Counted from the stretch's first letter, positions 36,827-47,031 are shown. The stretch: 64,000 nucleotides of DNA from Microcoleus sp. (GCA_042408215.1 JAYFMW010000030.1:384001-448000); one strand, 5' to 3'. Program-made: numbers and translations. The notes: a model not told the origin generated them from the sequence alone.

Positions 36827-38180
36827 CAAAAGTTTGGGTCTAAAGCCCCGTCCTTCTAGGACGGCTTTAATTTCTATAAAGTGTAAATAATTCTTAAATA
36901 TATGCACTTTGCGAATACAATGCTCTGCAAAAACGATAGAATAATAGCATGATTGTACTAGAGTTCAAGTTAAAAGGTAAAGCGCAGCAGTATCGGGTCA
37001 TAGACGAAATGATCCGCACAGCGCAATTTGTCCGAAACAAAACTCTTAGGCACTGGATTGATCATCAAGGAGTTAAGCTAGTCGATCTATACAAACAATG
37101 CGCCATCATGGCCAAAGAGTTTGAATGGGCGGGTAAGCTTAACTCAACTGCACGTCAAGCTTCGGCTGAACGTGCCATTTTTGCTATTCAACGTTTTTTC
37201 TCGAATTGCCAAGCTAAAAAACCAGGGAAAAAAGGATACCCACAGTTTAAGAAACACACCCGTTCAGTAGAGTACAAACAGTCAGGTTGGGCGCTTTCTA
37301 ACGACAAAAGATGCTTGACGTTTAAAGACGGCTTCGCTGCTGGAAAATTCAAGTTACTCGGTAGTCGAGACTTGCACTTCTATGCGCCTGATGAAATCAA
37401 ACGAATCAGAGTAATCCGTCGTGCCGATGGCTACTACGCCCAATTTTGTATCAACGTGGAACGGACAGAGGAAACAATTCCTACTGGCAAAGCCGTAGGG
37501 TTGGACGTGGGTTTAAACCATTTCTATACCGATAGTACCGGGGTAACAGTTCCAAATCCTCGACATCTCCGTAAAAGTGAAAAAGCTTTAAAGCGGTCGC
37601 AGAAAAGGGTTTCCAGAAAAAAGAAAGGTTCTGGCAATCGTAAAAAAGCTATCAATAAGTTAGGAAGAAAACACCTGAAAGTCAGTAGGCAACGCAAAGA
37701 CTTCGCCATAAAGACGGCGTTGTGCGCGGTAAAATCTAGCGATTTTGTAGCCTACGAAAACCGCCCGGTGCGGAATATGGTGAAAAACCATAAACTTGCA
37801 AAATCAATTAGCGATGCAGCTTGGTCACAGTTTGCTCAATGGTTAGAATATTTTGGAAAAGTGTACGGTAAAACAGTAGTTGCTGTTGCTCCTCAATATA
37901 CTTCTCAAGATTGCTCAACCTGTGGCAATAGTGTTAAGAAAACGCTATCAACTAGAACTCATGTTTGCAGTTGTGGCACGGTATTAGATCGCGATCACAA
38001 TGCAGCTCTGAATATTCTGGCAAAAGGATTAAAACAAACAGGAATCAATCTAAATACGGTGGGGCACACCGAAATTAACGCTTGGGGACAGAACGACCTC
38101 TACTCGTTGGTGGTAGCATCAGCGGGCAAGCCGACTGATTGAACCAAGAATCCTCGTGCCTTCAGGCCGAGGAGTGTCAA
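36827..38180 (+). mobile_element. tnpB-only IS605-group element (IS608-like ends)
   Basis: TTAC target at 36823-36826. Left end AAAGCCCCGTCCTTCTAGGACGGC, right end GAATCCTCG...CGAGGAGTGTCAA. Confidence 0.9.
36949..38142 (+). CDS. tnpB: TnpB
   Basis: GLDVG, AYEN, CSTCG..CSCG zinc finger, DRDHNAA. The D-E-D triad is intact. Confidence 0.94.
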   Translation: MIVLEFKLKGKAQQYRVIDEMIRTAQFVRNKTLRHWIDHQGVKLVDLYKQCAIMAKEFEWAGKLNSTARQASAERAIFAIQRFFSNCQAKKPGKKGYPQFKKHTRSVEYKQSGWALSNDKRCLTFKDGFAAGKFKLLGSRDLHFYAPDEIKRIRVIRRADGYYAQFCINVERTEETIPTGKAVGLDVGLNHFYTDSTGVTVPNPRHLRKSEKALKRSQKRVSRKKKGSGNRKKAINKLGRKHLKVSRQRKDFAIKTALCAVKSSDFVAYENRPVRNMVKNHKLAKSISDAAWSQFAQWLEYFGKVYGKTVVAVAPQYTSQDCSTCGNSVKKTLSTRTHVCSCGTVLDRDHNAALNILAKGLKQTGINLNTVGHTEINAWGQNDLYSLVVASAGKPTD

Positions 38181-38465
38181 GTTAATTTACAAATATTCCT
38201 GTGGTTGGTATTTTCGACCTTTTTTGTGCTAGCTACCAGGCGTTTGATACCAAAAGGCAAGGCCAGGGCGATCGAAGATGCCAAAGAAGCCAAAACATTA
38301 ACAGAAATTCCCCCCGGAGAAGCGGGACGAGTGATTTATGAGGGCAATTCTTGGCGAGCGCGTTGTGAAGATTGCGACGCAGCTATCCCCGCCAACCAAA
38401 ACGTCATTGTAGTCGGACGGAAAGGCACTACTTTGATAGTAGTGCCAGATTTGTTGCATTCATGA
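38181..38465 (+). pseudogene. 5'-truncated NfeD-like protein fused to the IS right end
   Basis: One TM helix plus an OB fold (GRVIYEGNSWRARC, VVGRKGTTLIV), upstream of an SPFH gene. The N-terminal TM helices are missing on both sides of the IS. Confidence 0.75.
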
Positions 38466-38479
38466 AAAAAATGCGAAAT

Positions 38480-38692
38480 TGGTAATTGGGCATTGGTAGT
38501 TGGGAATTGGGCATTGGGAATTGGGCCGAAGAGCATTGGGAATTGGGAATTGGGAATTGGGAATTGGGAATTGGGAATTGGGCCGAAGAGCATTGGGCCG
38601 AAGAGCATTGGGCCGAAGAGCATTGGGCATTGGAACTAACCAACAGTTAACAGTTAACAGTTAACAGCTAACAGCTAACAGTTAACAATCAA
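38480..38692. repeat. Heptamer arrays (ATTGGGA/C)n and (AACAGTT/CT)n with a 15-mer ATTGGGCCGAAGAGC x4
   Basis: Directly visible. Confidence 0.9.
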
Positions 38693-38711
38693 CAATTATT
38701 AGGATACGACC

Positions 38712-39686
38712 GTGGAACAGTTTTTTTTGTTAGTATTTTTAGCATTAGGCGGCTCTGCCCTCGCAGGTTCCGTCAAGATTATCAATCAGGGAAATCAAGC
38801 GTTGGTAGAAACTTTAGGTAAATACAGCGGCAAGAAACTCGAACCGGGCTTAAATTTTGTAATGCCATTTCTCGATCGAGTCGTTTACGAGCAAACAATT
38901 CGGGAAAAAGTCTTAGACATTCCCCCCCAAGCTTGTATCACCCGCGATAACGTTTCCTTCACCGTTGATGCTGTCGTTTATTGGCGGATTGTGGACTTGG
39001 AAAAAGCCTGTTATAAGGTAGAAAATCTTCAGTCAGCAATGGTTAATATGGTGCTCACCCAAATTCGCGCCGAAATGGGTCAACTCGACCTCGAACAAAC
39101 CTTTACTGCTCGTTCTCAAATTAATGAAATCTTGCTCAGAGATTTAGACATTGTTACCGATCCTTGGGGAGTGAAAGTGACGCGGGTTGAATTGCGCGAT
39201 ATTATCCCTTCTAAAACTGTACAGGAATCGATGGAATTGCAGATGGCAGCCGATCGCCGTAAACGGGCGGCAATTCTGACATCCGAAGGCGAACGGGAGT
39301 CAGCGGTTAACAGCGCCAAAGGTAAAGCCGAAGCCCAAGTTTTGGATGCAGAAGCGCGCCAAAAAGCGACTATTTTGGAAGCAGAAGCTCAACAAAAGGC
39401 GATCGTCCTGAAAGCTCAAGCAGAACGCCAAAGTCAGGTTTTGAGAGCTCAAGCTACTTCTGAGGCCTTGCAAATTATCGGTAAAACTCTGCAAACTGAC
39501 CCCAATGCCCGGGAAGCTTTACAATTTTTGTTAGCTCAAAACTATTTGGATATGGGCTTGAAAATTGGCACCAGCGGCAGCAGCAAGGTGATGTTTATGG
39601 ACCCGCGCAGCATTCCCGCTACCCTTGAAGGAATGCGATCGATTGTTGGGGAAGGTAATAATAATGAGGTGAAAAAGTTGTCTTAA
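38712..39686 (+). CDS. SPFH/band-7 (stomatin-like) protein
   Basis: [38 protein letters not shown] coiled coil. Confidence 0.93.
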   Translation: MEQFFLLVFLALGGSALAGSVKIINQGNQALVETLGKYSGKKLEPGLNFVMPFLDRVVYEQTIREKVLDIPPQACITRDNVSFTVDAVVYWRIVDLEKACYKVENLQSAMVNMVLTQIRAEMGQLDLEQTFTARSQINEILLRDLDIVTDPWGVKVTRVELRDIIPSKTVQESMELQMAADRRKRAAILTSEGERESAVNSAKGKAEAQVLDAEARQKATILEAEAQQKAIVLKAQAERQSQVLRAQATSEALQIIGKTLQTDPNAREALQFLLAQNYLDMGLKIGTSGSSKVMFMDPRSIPATLEGMRSIVGEGNNNEVKKLS

Positions 39687-39728
39687 AGATATTGTTGCGG
39701 GCCATAGATATCTATTTACATGGTGTTT

Positions 39729-39922
39729 GTAGGGGCGGGTTCCACCAACAATAATTGCCAATAATTAACGATCTCTCAAACCCGCCCCCACCCCACGGTA
39801 AATGCCCGCGTAAATTTTTGGCATTTAATAAAAATAAAGGTTGATTTATATTATCTGTGATGGGGGCGGGTTTATTTAGATTGTTTGTATGCGTTAAATA
39901 TGGTTTGTAAAACCCGCCCCTA
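39729..39922. repeat. REPIN-like pair of GTAGGGGCGGGTT...AACCCGCCCC elements; also at 41778-41942, 44954-45148 and 45331-45390
   Basis: GTAG followed by a GC hairpin, in inverted or direct pairs. Confidence 0.8.
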
Positions 39923-39958
39923 GGAGAATTAGGGTCAATCTATTTCCTTCTTCCTTCC

Positions 39959-40351
39959 CTAAGATTCGTGAGCGAGAGTGCACCGATCGCACAATCCAAA
40001 AAACTCCAAAGTGTGATAGTAAATCTTAAAAGAATGAGATTGTTGCAATTGGCTTTCTAAGTGGTGAACCGGGCATTCGTCAATGGTAATTGACGCGCCA
40101 CATTCCAGACAAGTTAAATGATGTTGGTCTTGGTGGGCGGCACCGTAAAGAGACTCACCGCTAGGGAGGGTTCTAACGTGAACCAACCCTTCTCGTTTTA
40201 AACCGTCGAGGGAACGGTAAACAGTTGCTAAGCCCATGCTGTGGTCGCTGTTACGCAGTTCTAAGTAGATATCTTGCGCTGAGAGCGATCGATTAAAGTG
40301 CTTGAGTAAGTGTAAAATACGCTCCTGACTGCGGGTGCGGTTAGTTCTCAT
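39959..40351 (-). CDS. zur: Fur-family regulator, Zur/FurB type
   Basis: GLATVYR, HHLTCLECG, HTLEFFGLC..C. Divergent from purS. Confidence 0.8.
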   Translation of the reverse strand: MRTNRTRSQERILHLLKHFNRSLSAQDIYLELRNSDHSMGLATVYRSLDGLKREGLVHVRTLPSGESLYGAAHQDQHHLTCLECGASITIDECPVHHLESQLQQSHSFKIYYHTLEFFGLCDRCTLAHES

Positions 40352-40494
40352 AATTTTATTGTGTAATCTGCTGGAATCAAATCTTTCCCTGTTTCTAGGC
40401 TAGCTCACTTGGGGTCAGGAAAGGGCGATCGGTGTCCAGCCTAGTTGTAGAATAAGATGGCCATAACTTTCGCATCACCTACCGCAACATTGCT

Positions 40495-40779
40495 GTGACT
40501 CAAAAATATCTTGCCCAAATCTATGTTACCCTCCGCCCTTCGGTTTTAGACCCGGCCGGCACTGCCGTACAGTCTGGTTTGCAACACATGGGATACGACA
40601 ATGTTGAGCGTGTGCGAATCGGGAAGTACGTTGAATTGACGCTGACTGCTGCTGGTGAGTCGGAGGCCCGCGAACAACTCGATCGCATTTGCGACCAACT
40701 TTTGGCCAATCCAGTGATTGAGAATTATCGCTTTGATTTGACTGAAATTCCTGTTGCTGTCGAGACAGTGGCGGCATAA
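40495..40779 (+). CDS. purS: FGAM synthase subunit PurS
   Basis: LRPSVLDPAG, VRIGK, LLANPVIE. Confidence 0.95.
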   Translation: MTQKYLAQIYVTLRPSVLDPAGTAVQSGLQHMGYDNVERVRIGKYVELTLTAAGESEAREQLDRICDQLLANPVIENYRFDLTEIPVAVETVAA

Positions 40780-41058
40780 ATTCGATCGCCCCTAGGGTGT
40801 GTTTTTTGCCCCGGAGATCCCCCCTAGCCCCCCTTAAGAAGGGGAGTAGGGGGTGGGACAAGAGTGTTCAGAGTCTCTGTTAAAGACACAAGAACTCCGA
40901 ACACTCAAAGTCCCCCTTCTTAAGGGGGATTTAGGGGGATCTAGACTCAGATAAAAGCGAGAAAAACATAAGATTTCAGTCTTAAGTTGACACCTCTCCT
41001 TCTTCTATCCATCCGTTACATCCGTTACAAAATCCGTTGCCGAACTTTCTTTGTGCTT

Positions 41059-41760
41059 ATGAAATTTGGAGTTATTGTTTTTCCGGGTTCAAATTGCGAT
41101 CGCGATGTGGTATGGGTAACTCAAGGGTTACTCCACCAACCGACGCGGATGATTTGGCACGAAGATACCGACATTTCGGATATCGATATTATGGTAGTTC
41201 CCGGCGGTTTCAGTTACGGAGATTATTTGCGGTGCGGCGCGATCGCCCGTTTTTCTCCGGCGATGCGGGCTACTGCGGAACACGCGAACAAAGGCAAACT
41301 TGTACTGGGTATTTGCAACGGTTTTCAGGTGCTGACTGAAGCTGGTTTACTCCCCGGTGCTCTGGTGCGGAATGCGGGATTGAATTTTATTTGCGATCGC
41401 ACTTCGTTGAAAGTCGAACGCAGTAATACTCCTTGGACTTCGGCTTATAGTTCGGGAGAAATCATCGATTTGCCGATCGCCCACGGCGAAGGCAACTATT
41501 ATGCCGATGCCGATACTGTAGCAGAACTAGAAGAACACGATCAAGTGTTGTTTCGCTACTGCACGGATGCGGGCGAAATTAGCGATGCTGGGAATCCCAA
41601 CGGTTCGTTAAATAATATTGCGGGTATTTGCAATCGGGCGGGAAATGTGTTAGGAATGATGCCGCATCCTGAACGGGCATCCGATACCATGTTGGGCGAA
41701 ACTGATGGGATGAAATTGTTTCAAGGGTTGCTGATGTCAACTGTTGCTGCAATTTTATAG
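41059..41760 (+). CDS. purQ: FGAM synthase subunit PurQ
   Basis: FPGSNCD, GGFSYGDYLR, GICNGFQ, AHGEG, MMPHPER. Confidence 0.97.
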   Translation: MKFGVIVFPGSNCDRDVVWVTQGLLHQPTRMIWHEDTDISDIDIMVVPGGFSYGDYLRCGAIARFSPAMRATAEHANKGKLVLGICNGFQVLTEAGLLPGALVRNAGLNFICDRTSLKVERSNTPWTSAYSSGEIIDLPIAHGEGNYYADADTVAELEEHDQVLFRYCTDAGEISDAGNPNGSLNNIAGICNRAGNVLGMMPHPERASDTMLGETDGMKLFQGLLMSTVAAIL

Positions 41761-41952
41761 TTGATATTTGCGATGTTGTAGGGGCGGGTTTTACGAATAA
41801 TAATCGCCTGAAACTAACAATCTCATAAACCCGCCCCGGCCCCAATACTAACGAACCCAAATTTGGTATTATTTCCTGTAGGGGCGGGTTTTACCAAAAA
41901 TAATCGCGCTCAAACCAAAAATCTCATAAACCCGCCCCGGCCGCTCTTTTAG

Positions 41953-42516
41953 CTATGATAATTCACGCAATATGGTTTCGATCGCCAAATCGGACAAACC
42001 AAGCACCAAAGCGATTTGGCATGGTTCGATACCTTGACTGTGCAATTTACAAACAACATCAGCAACATCAATTTCGAGCCGTTCGATCTGAGTTTTGAAT
42101 CTGGAGTCAGTGAGGTGATTATTGTCAGAGTCGCTAGGCGGTGAAAGACAGGGGTTGAGGTTGAGGGTGTGGACGTATTCGACGTATTGAATATAATCTC
42201 TGCCGAAGTTTGAGGTATTGCTGATATTTCTGCGATCGCAAGCAGCTTTGAGATTAGATTTTTGCATCTCTTCATCCATCACCACGGAGAGAGTTTTAAG
42301 CAACTTGTAGCCGACTTCTCGGACATATTTTGTAGTGTAGCGGGTGTCGCGGGCGATCGTTTCGTAGGTTTTGCCATCATACATTCCCTGAAACAGTAAC
42401 CGTTGCAGCGTGTTGAGATGCTTCCCAGTTTTCTCGAAGATGAGGCCATCAACTAATTTTAGCAGTTCGTTTTCGTCAGGGACGGCTTGCAACGGGCGAT
42501 CGTCGTTGGGCTGCAT
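41953..42516 (-). CDS. Stand-alone HTH protein resembling the N-terminal HTH of cyanobacterial STAND/vWA-MoxR-associated proteins
   Basis: KHLNTLQRLL..G...GKTYETIA....YT..YVREVG.KL.K.LS.....E..KSNL, plus a second HTH-like C-terminus. Confidence 0.65.
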   Translation of the reverse strand: MQPNDDRPLQAVPDENELLKLVDGLIFEKTGKHLNTLQRLLFQGMYDGKTYETIARDTRYTTKYVREVGYKLLKTLSVVMDEEMQKSNLKAACDRRNISNTSNFGRDYIQYVEYVHTLNLNPCLSPPSDSDNNHLTDSRFKTQIERLEIDVADVVCKLHSQGIEPCQIALVLGLSDLAIETILRELS

Positions 42517-42553
42517 GGGTTGAGTAAGGGCAAAATAAAATTGTGTGAAACTC

Positions 42554-42583
42554 CGGGCTTTTTCAGTCTTTTTCGGGCTTTTT
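42554..42583. promoter_or_regulatory. Three phased 10-bp direct repeats C(G/A)G(G/T)CTTTTT in a divergent promoter
   Basis: CGGGCTTTTT CAGTCTTTTT CGGGCTTTTT. Confidence 0.4.
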
Positions 42584-42649
42584 TGGTCAAGACAGATGTG
42601 AGACAGGTCAAGTAAAGTTCTTGAATCAGTTTATTTTCACCAGCATGAG

Positions 42650-44839
42650 GTGAGTAACACAATGCCTGACAATTTAGCTCTGTTGGACAAAAACGATAAC
42701 TTTTCCAATGGTAACACAGGAAACGACTTGATATTCGATCCGGCTGGTGGGGATGAGTCGCGATCGAGTTCCCAAGTCGGCGGTGGCTCACTTTCAAGGG
42801 ATGGTAGTGCATATATTTTAACCGAGGGAAGCGACACATTTACGATTCCCCTTGGCTTGCTCGATACTCTCATCGGCGGTTTGCGGGGTTTAGGCGGTGC
42901 GGATTCGATTACGGGTTCGGAATCTGGGGATATCGTCTATGGCGACGAAGGAAATGACCGAATTGAGGGTCGAGGTGGTGCTGATTTGCTCTACGGCGGC
43001 TTGGGAAACGATTTTCTGAGCGGCGGTGCGGGCCAAAATGGTCTCCTTGGCGGTGCGGGTGCTGACACCTTGCAGGGTGGTGAAAGTGCCGATGGTGTCA
43101 ACGGAAACGCAGGTAATGACGTAATTTTCGGTGGAGGCGGAGACGACTTTTTGCGGGGTGGTCGCGGTAACGATATTATCAATGGGGAAGATGGCAATGA
43201 CTTTCTGATTGGCGATTTTGGCAATGACACCCTGACTGGTGGTGCGGGTCAAGATCTATTTTTTCTGCGCTCTGAGGCGGCTTTAGGCTCTCCTACGTTT
43301 GACTTAATCACCGACTTTCAAAGAACAATTGATTTCATCGGACTTAGCACAAATCTTAAGGAATCCGATATTGTTTTGGAATCGAAAGTGCAGCCGTCTG
43401 GTGGTTCTGCTGTGGATATTAAAGTAGCTGCAACAGGGGCTTTGTTAGGTACTGTTTTGGGAGTTACACCGGACGATTTAAAAGGCCGATTCAGACCTTA
43501 TGATGTGGAACCAGATCGTCCTGAAGATAAAGTCACAATTGATTTACCGGAAGTTAAAAAGCTATCTGATAACAAATTTCAGATGGAATTTCCGGCGAGT
43601 GATGGTAGCAAATATACAGTAGTTTTTCAAGATGATGCTGACGGACGTTTCGTAGAATCAGTTATATTTGTACCCAATCGTACAACTGGTGTTCGTGGTA
43701 GTACAACGCGCATGAGTCGAGATGGTACAAGGGCGGATGTCACTCTTGAAGGATCTAATGAAACTGTACGAGTTGAGAATCAACCGAGTAAAGAACCTGG
43801 AAAGCCGGATCAAGGTGTTATATCGCGGATCAAAGATGGTCAGATTGTTGACACTGTAACTTTTCCTGTGCCAACCGAGCCGACCGTACCTACTAATCCT
43901 GAGCCACCAAAACCAACGACTCCGACCGTTGGTCAACCAGATTTTGCGAAAGCTTGTCAGTCGGTTAAAGACTTCTGTGAAGGAACTGCAAAACTGGCTA
44001 AAGTGGTTGATTTTGCTGCTGCTGCGTCAGCCGTTGGTGCTTTAGTATTGCCTCCTTTTAGGGTTGTTAACAAAGCAATGGAGGCCGCGTCTACAGGATT
44101 TAAAGTCCTTGACTACAGTTGCAAACTTCTTACAGGTAGCGATAAAGACCTTGGTGATGCGGTAATTGACGAATTGACTGGAATAGGAGTTGGGAAAATT
44201 ATCCAATCAGCAGGAATTGCAGGAGAAGTTATAGGAGGTAGTTTAGATTTAGCTTCATCTACTAAGGATCTCATTGATTTATTTTTTGGGGAAGAGAAGC
44301 CGACAGAACCTTCTAAAACTAACTTTTTGCCTCAGATCCGAAAGTTTCTTACTAAAAAGTATAATTTTCCATTTGACTTCTGCGACAAACCTGCGACTAC
44401 TCCTGTAACGCCTCCACCAACACCATCCACTCCCTTCAAGAAAATAGAGATAACACCGTCTGCTATCCCTTATCTGGGGACTGCTAACCTGAATGTCAAA
44501 TACGTGAATCCAAGCAACAACAGCACAAATATAGAGATTTCGGGTACTGGTCGAAAAGGTATTGGAAATCCCACATTTCTAATTCCAGAAGATAAAAAAG
44601 GTCAAGGAGAGTTTAATTTCACTTTGACGAATGGCGGCACACAGCTAGGAGGACCGGGTAGTGCAAACCTGAAGAATTTCTTAGACGTTACGATTGGGAC
44701 TGGAGGGGGAGGACAACTATTTGATACTGTTAATTATCGTCAACAATCATTCGATCTTCTGGCAGCGCCAAATGGTATAAATAACATTTTACCTAATGTC
44801 TATACGGTTAGTTCGGTAGAGGGTTTGACACGGCGGTGA
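42650..44839 (+). CDS. RTX/hemolysin-type Ca-binding repeat protein with uncharacterised C-terminal domains
   Basis: Many GGxGxDxLx nonapeptides in aa ~80-205, Pro/Thr linkers, and a Cys-containing helical region. Confidence 0.85.
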   Translation: MSNTMPDNLALLDKNDNFSNGNTGNDLIFDPAGGDESRSSSQVGGGSLSRDGSAYILTEGSDTFTIPLGLLDTLIGGLRGLGGADSITGSESGDIVYGDEGNDRIEGRGGADLLYGGLGNDFLSGGAGQNGLLGGAGADTLQGGESADGVNGNAGNDVIFGGGGDDFLRGGRGNDIINGEDGNDFLIGDFGNDTLTGGAGQDLFFLRSEAALGSPTFDLITDFQRTIDFIGLSTNLKESDIVLESKVQPSGGSAVDIKVAATGALLGTVLGVTPDDLKGRFRPYDVEPDRPEDKVTIDLPEVKKLSDNKFQMEFPASDGSKYTVVFQDDADGRFVESVIFVPNRTTGVRGSTTRMSRDGTRADVTLEGSNETVRVENQPSKEPGKPDQGVISRIKDGQIVDTVTFPVPTEPTVPTNPEPPKPTTPTVGQPDFAKACQSVKDFCEGTAKLAKVVDFAAAASAVGALVLPPFRVVNKAMEAASTGFKVLDYSCKLLTGSDKDLGDAVIDELTGIGVGKIIQSAGIAGEVIGGSLDLASSTKDLIDLFFGEEKPTEPSKTNFLPQIRKFLTKKYNFPFDFCDKPATTPVTPPPTPSTPFKKIEITPSAIPYLGTANLNVKYVNPSNNSTNIEISGTGRKGIGNPTFLIPEDKKGQGEFNFTLTNGGTQLGGPGSANLKNFLDVTIGTGGGGQLFDTVNYRQQSFDLLAAPNGINNILPNVYTVSSVEGLTRR

Positions 44840-45206
44840 TAATGGCTATAATCGGGCGGGCACGGGGGCACCGCCCCTACAGGAATCATTTGTAATTTCA
44901 GTGTGATGTAGAGTTGGTTTAAGGGCGATTAATTCAATATTTAATAAAATGTGGTAGGGGCGGGTTCGCCGACCAATTATGTCACCCACCGATAATCTTA
45001 ATAAACCCGCCCCCACCCAACGAATAACCCCGAATAACTATCACTGAATAACCATTAAATTTAATTAATTTTTAATCTTTTCGTGGGGTTGGGGCGGGTT
45101 TTTAGGATTGTCGATGGGTGTCAAATATCTGGGCGAACCCGCCCCTACAGTCATTGGGAATTTTCAGTTATTGTGATGTAGAGTTGGTTTAAGGGCGATC
45201 GCTATT

Positions 45207-45312
45207 AGGACTTACACTCATGGCCCCAGAAACCGGGTTTTTTAGAGAATATGTGGGTCACGAAGTATTTTCGTAAAAAAACCCGGTTTCTTTGGTTGGG
45301 TGCGTAAGTCCT
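45207..45312. repeat. MITE-like element with AGGACTTAC.../...GTAAGTCCT termini enclosing the AGAAACCGGG core
   Basis: Inverted termini are visible, with GCTAT on both flanks. Confidence 0.65.
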
Positions 45313-45585
45313 GGCTATCTAATAAAATTTGTAGGGGCTGGTTCAGCGATCGCTCCTGTCACCCACCGACAATCTTAATCAACCCGCCCCACTCAACCAG
45401 CGATCGCCTGCTCAAAGCTGTGCTTCTGAGATTGTGAACGGTTCGACGGAGTTTACCCTGAGTGCTTCCGAAGGGCTCACCTACCACGGGTGGAATCCTC
45501 ATAGGAGCGCGTCTTTCATCCCACACTAACCTTCGATCGGTATAGTGTGGGGATTCCCGTCTGTCAAGCTAATTCCTAAATTTAC

Positions 45586-46942
45586 CAAAAACATGGGTCT
45601 AAAGCCCCGTCCTTCTAGGACGGCTTTAATTTCTGCCAAGTGTAAACAATTCTTAAATATATGCACTTTGTGAATACAATGCTCTGCAAAAACGAGAGAA
45701 TAATAGCATGATTGTACTAGAGTTTAAATTAAAGGGCAAAGCGCAGCAATATCGGGTCATAGACGAAATGATCCGCACAGCGCAATTTGTCCGAAACAAA
45801 ACTCTTAGACACTGGATTGATAATCAAGGGGTTAAGCTAGTCGATCTATACAAACAATGCGCCATCATGGCGAAAGAGTTTGAATGGGCAGGAAAACTTA
45901 ACTCAATGGCACGTCAAGCTTCGGCCCAACGCGCCATTTTTGCTATTCAACGTTTTTTCTCAAATTGTAAAACTAAGAAGCCAGGAAAAAAGGGCTACCC
46001 GCAGTTTAAGAAACACACCCGTTCTGTAGAATATAAGACTTCAGGTTGGAAGCTTTCTGCCGACAAAAGATGTTTAACTTTCACGGATGATTTTGCCGCT
46101 GGAACATTTAGGCTACTTGGTAGTCGGGATTTGCACTTCTATGCACCCAAGGAAATCAAGCGAATCAGAGTAATTCGTCGTGCCGACGGTTACTACGCTC
46201 AGTTCTGTATTAACGTGGAACGGACAGAGGAATCTATTCCTACAGGTAAAGCTATTGGAATAGATGTAGGTTTAAACCATTTCTATACCGATAGTAGCGG
46301 AGAAACAGTTCCGAATCCTCGGCATTTGCGTAAAAGTGAAAGAGCTTTAAAGCGATTACAGAAACGAGTTTCTCGGAAAAAGAAAGGTTCTAGTAATCGC
46401 AAAAAAGCAATCAATAAGTTAGGTAGAAAACACCTGAAAGTCAGTAGGCAACGCAAAGACTTCGCCATCAACACGGCGTTGTGCGTAGTGAAATCTAGCG
46501 ATTTCGTAGCTTACGAAAATCTTCAGGTGCGGAATATGATTAAGAATCACAAGCTTGCTAAATCAATTAGCGATGCAGCTTGGTCACAGTTGGCTCAGTG
46601 GTTGCAATATTTTGGAAAAGTGTACGGTAAAACAGTAATTGCTGTTGCTCCTCAGTATACTTCTCAAGATTGCTCAACCTGTGGCAATAGTGTTAAGAAA
46701 ACGCTATCAACTAGAACTCATGTTTGCAGTTGTGGCACGGTATTAGATCGTGACCATAACGCAGCTCTGAATATTTTGGCGAAAGGATTGAAAGCCCGTG
46801 CAGGAATCAATTTAAATACGGTGGGGCACACCGAAATTAACGCTTGGGGACAGACCGACCTCTACTCGTTGGTGGTAGCATCAACGAGCAAATCGACTGA
46901 CTGAACCAAGAATCCTCGTGCCTTCAGGCCGAGGAGTGTCAA
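45586..46942 (+). mobile_element. Second, diverged copy of the IS608-like tnpB element
   Basis: TTAC at 45582-45585, the same left- and right-end hairpins, and a GTGTCAA end. Confidence 0.9.
45708..46904 (+). CDS. tnpB: TnpB
   Basis: GIDVG, AYENL, zinc finger, DRDHNAA. Highly similar to 36949-38142. Confidence 0.94.
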   Translation: MIVLEFKLKGKAQQYRVIDEMIRTAQFVRNKTLRHWIDNQGVKLVDLYKQCAIMAKEFEWAGKLNSMARQASAQRAIFAIQRFFSNCKTKKPGKKGYPQFKKHTRSVEYKTSGWKLSADKRCLTFTDDFAAGTFRLLGSRDLHFYAPKEIKRIRVIRRADGYYAQFCINVERTEESIPTGKAIGIDVGLNHFYTDSSGETVPNPRHLRKSERALKRLQKRVSRKKKGSSNRKKAINKLGRKHLKVSRQRKDFAINTALCVVKSSDFVAYENLQVRNMIKNHKLAKSISDAAWSQLAQWLQYFGKVYGKTVIAVAPQYTSQDCSTCGNSVKKTLSTRTHVCSCGTVLDRDHNAALNILAKGLKARAGINLNTVGHTEINAWGQTDLYSLVVASTSKSTD

Positions 46943-47031
46943 AACCATAATACGATCGCCAAAACCCGTTTTATTAATTTTATATTTTCAACTAGATCGA
47001 TTTCATTTGCAGGAGCGATCGCCCATACTGA

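Noticed and set aside
38336..38643. Minus-strand ORFs with PIPNSQF/SSAQC repeats
   Set aside because: Translations of heptamer and 15-mer STRR arrays.
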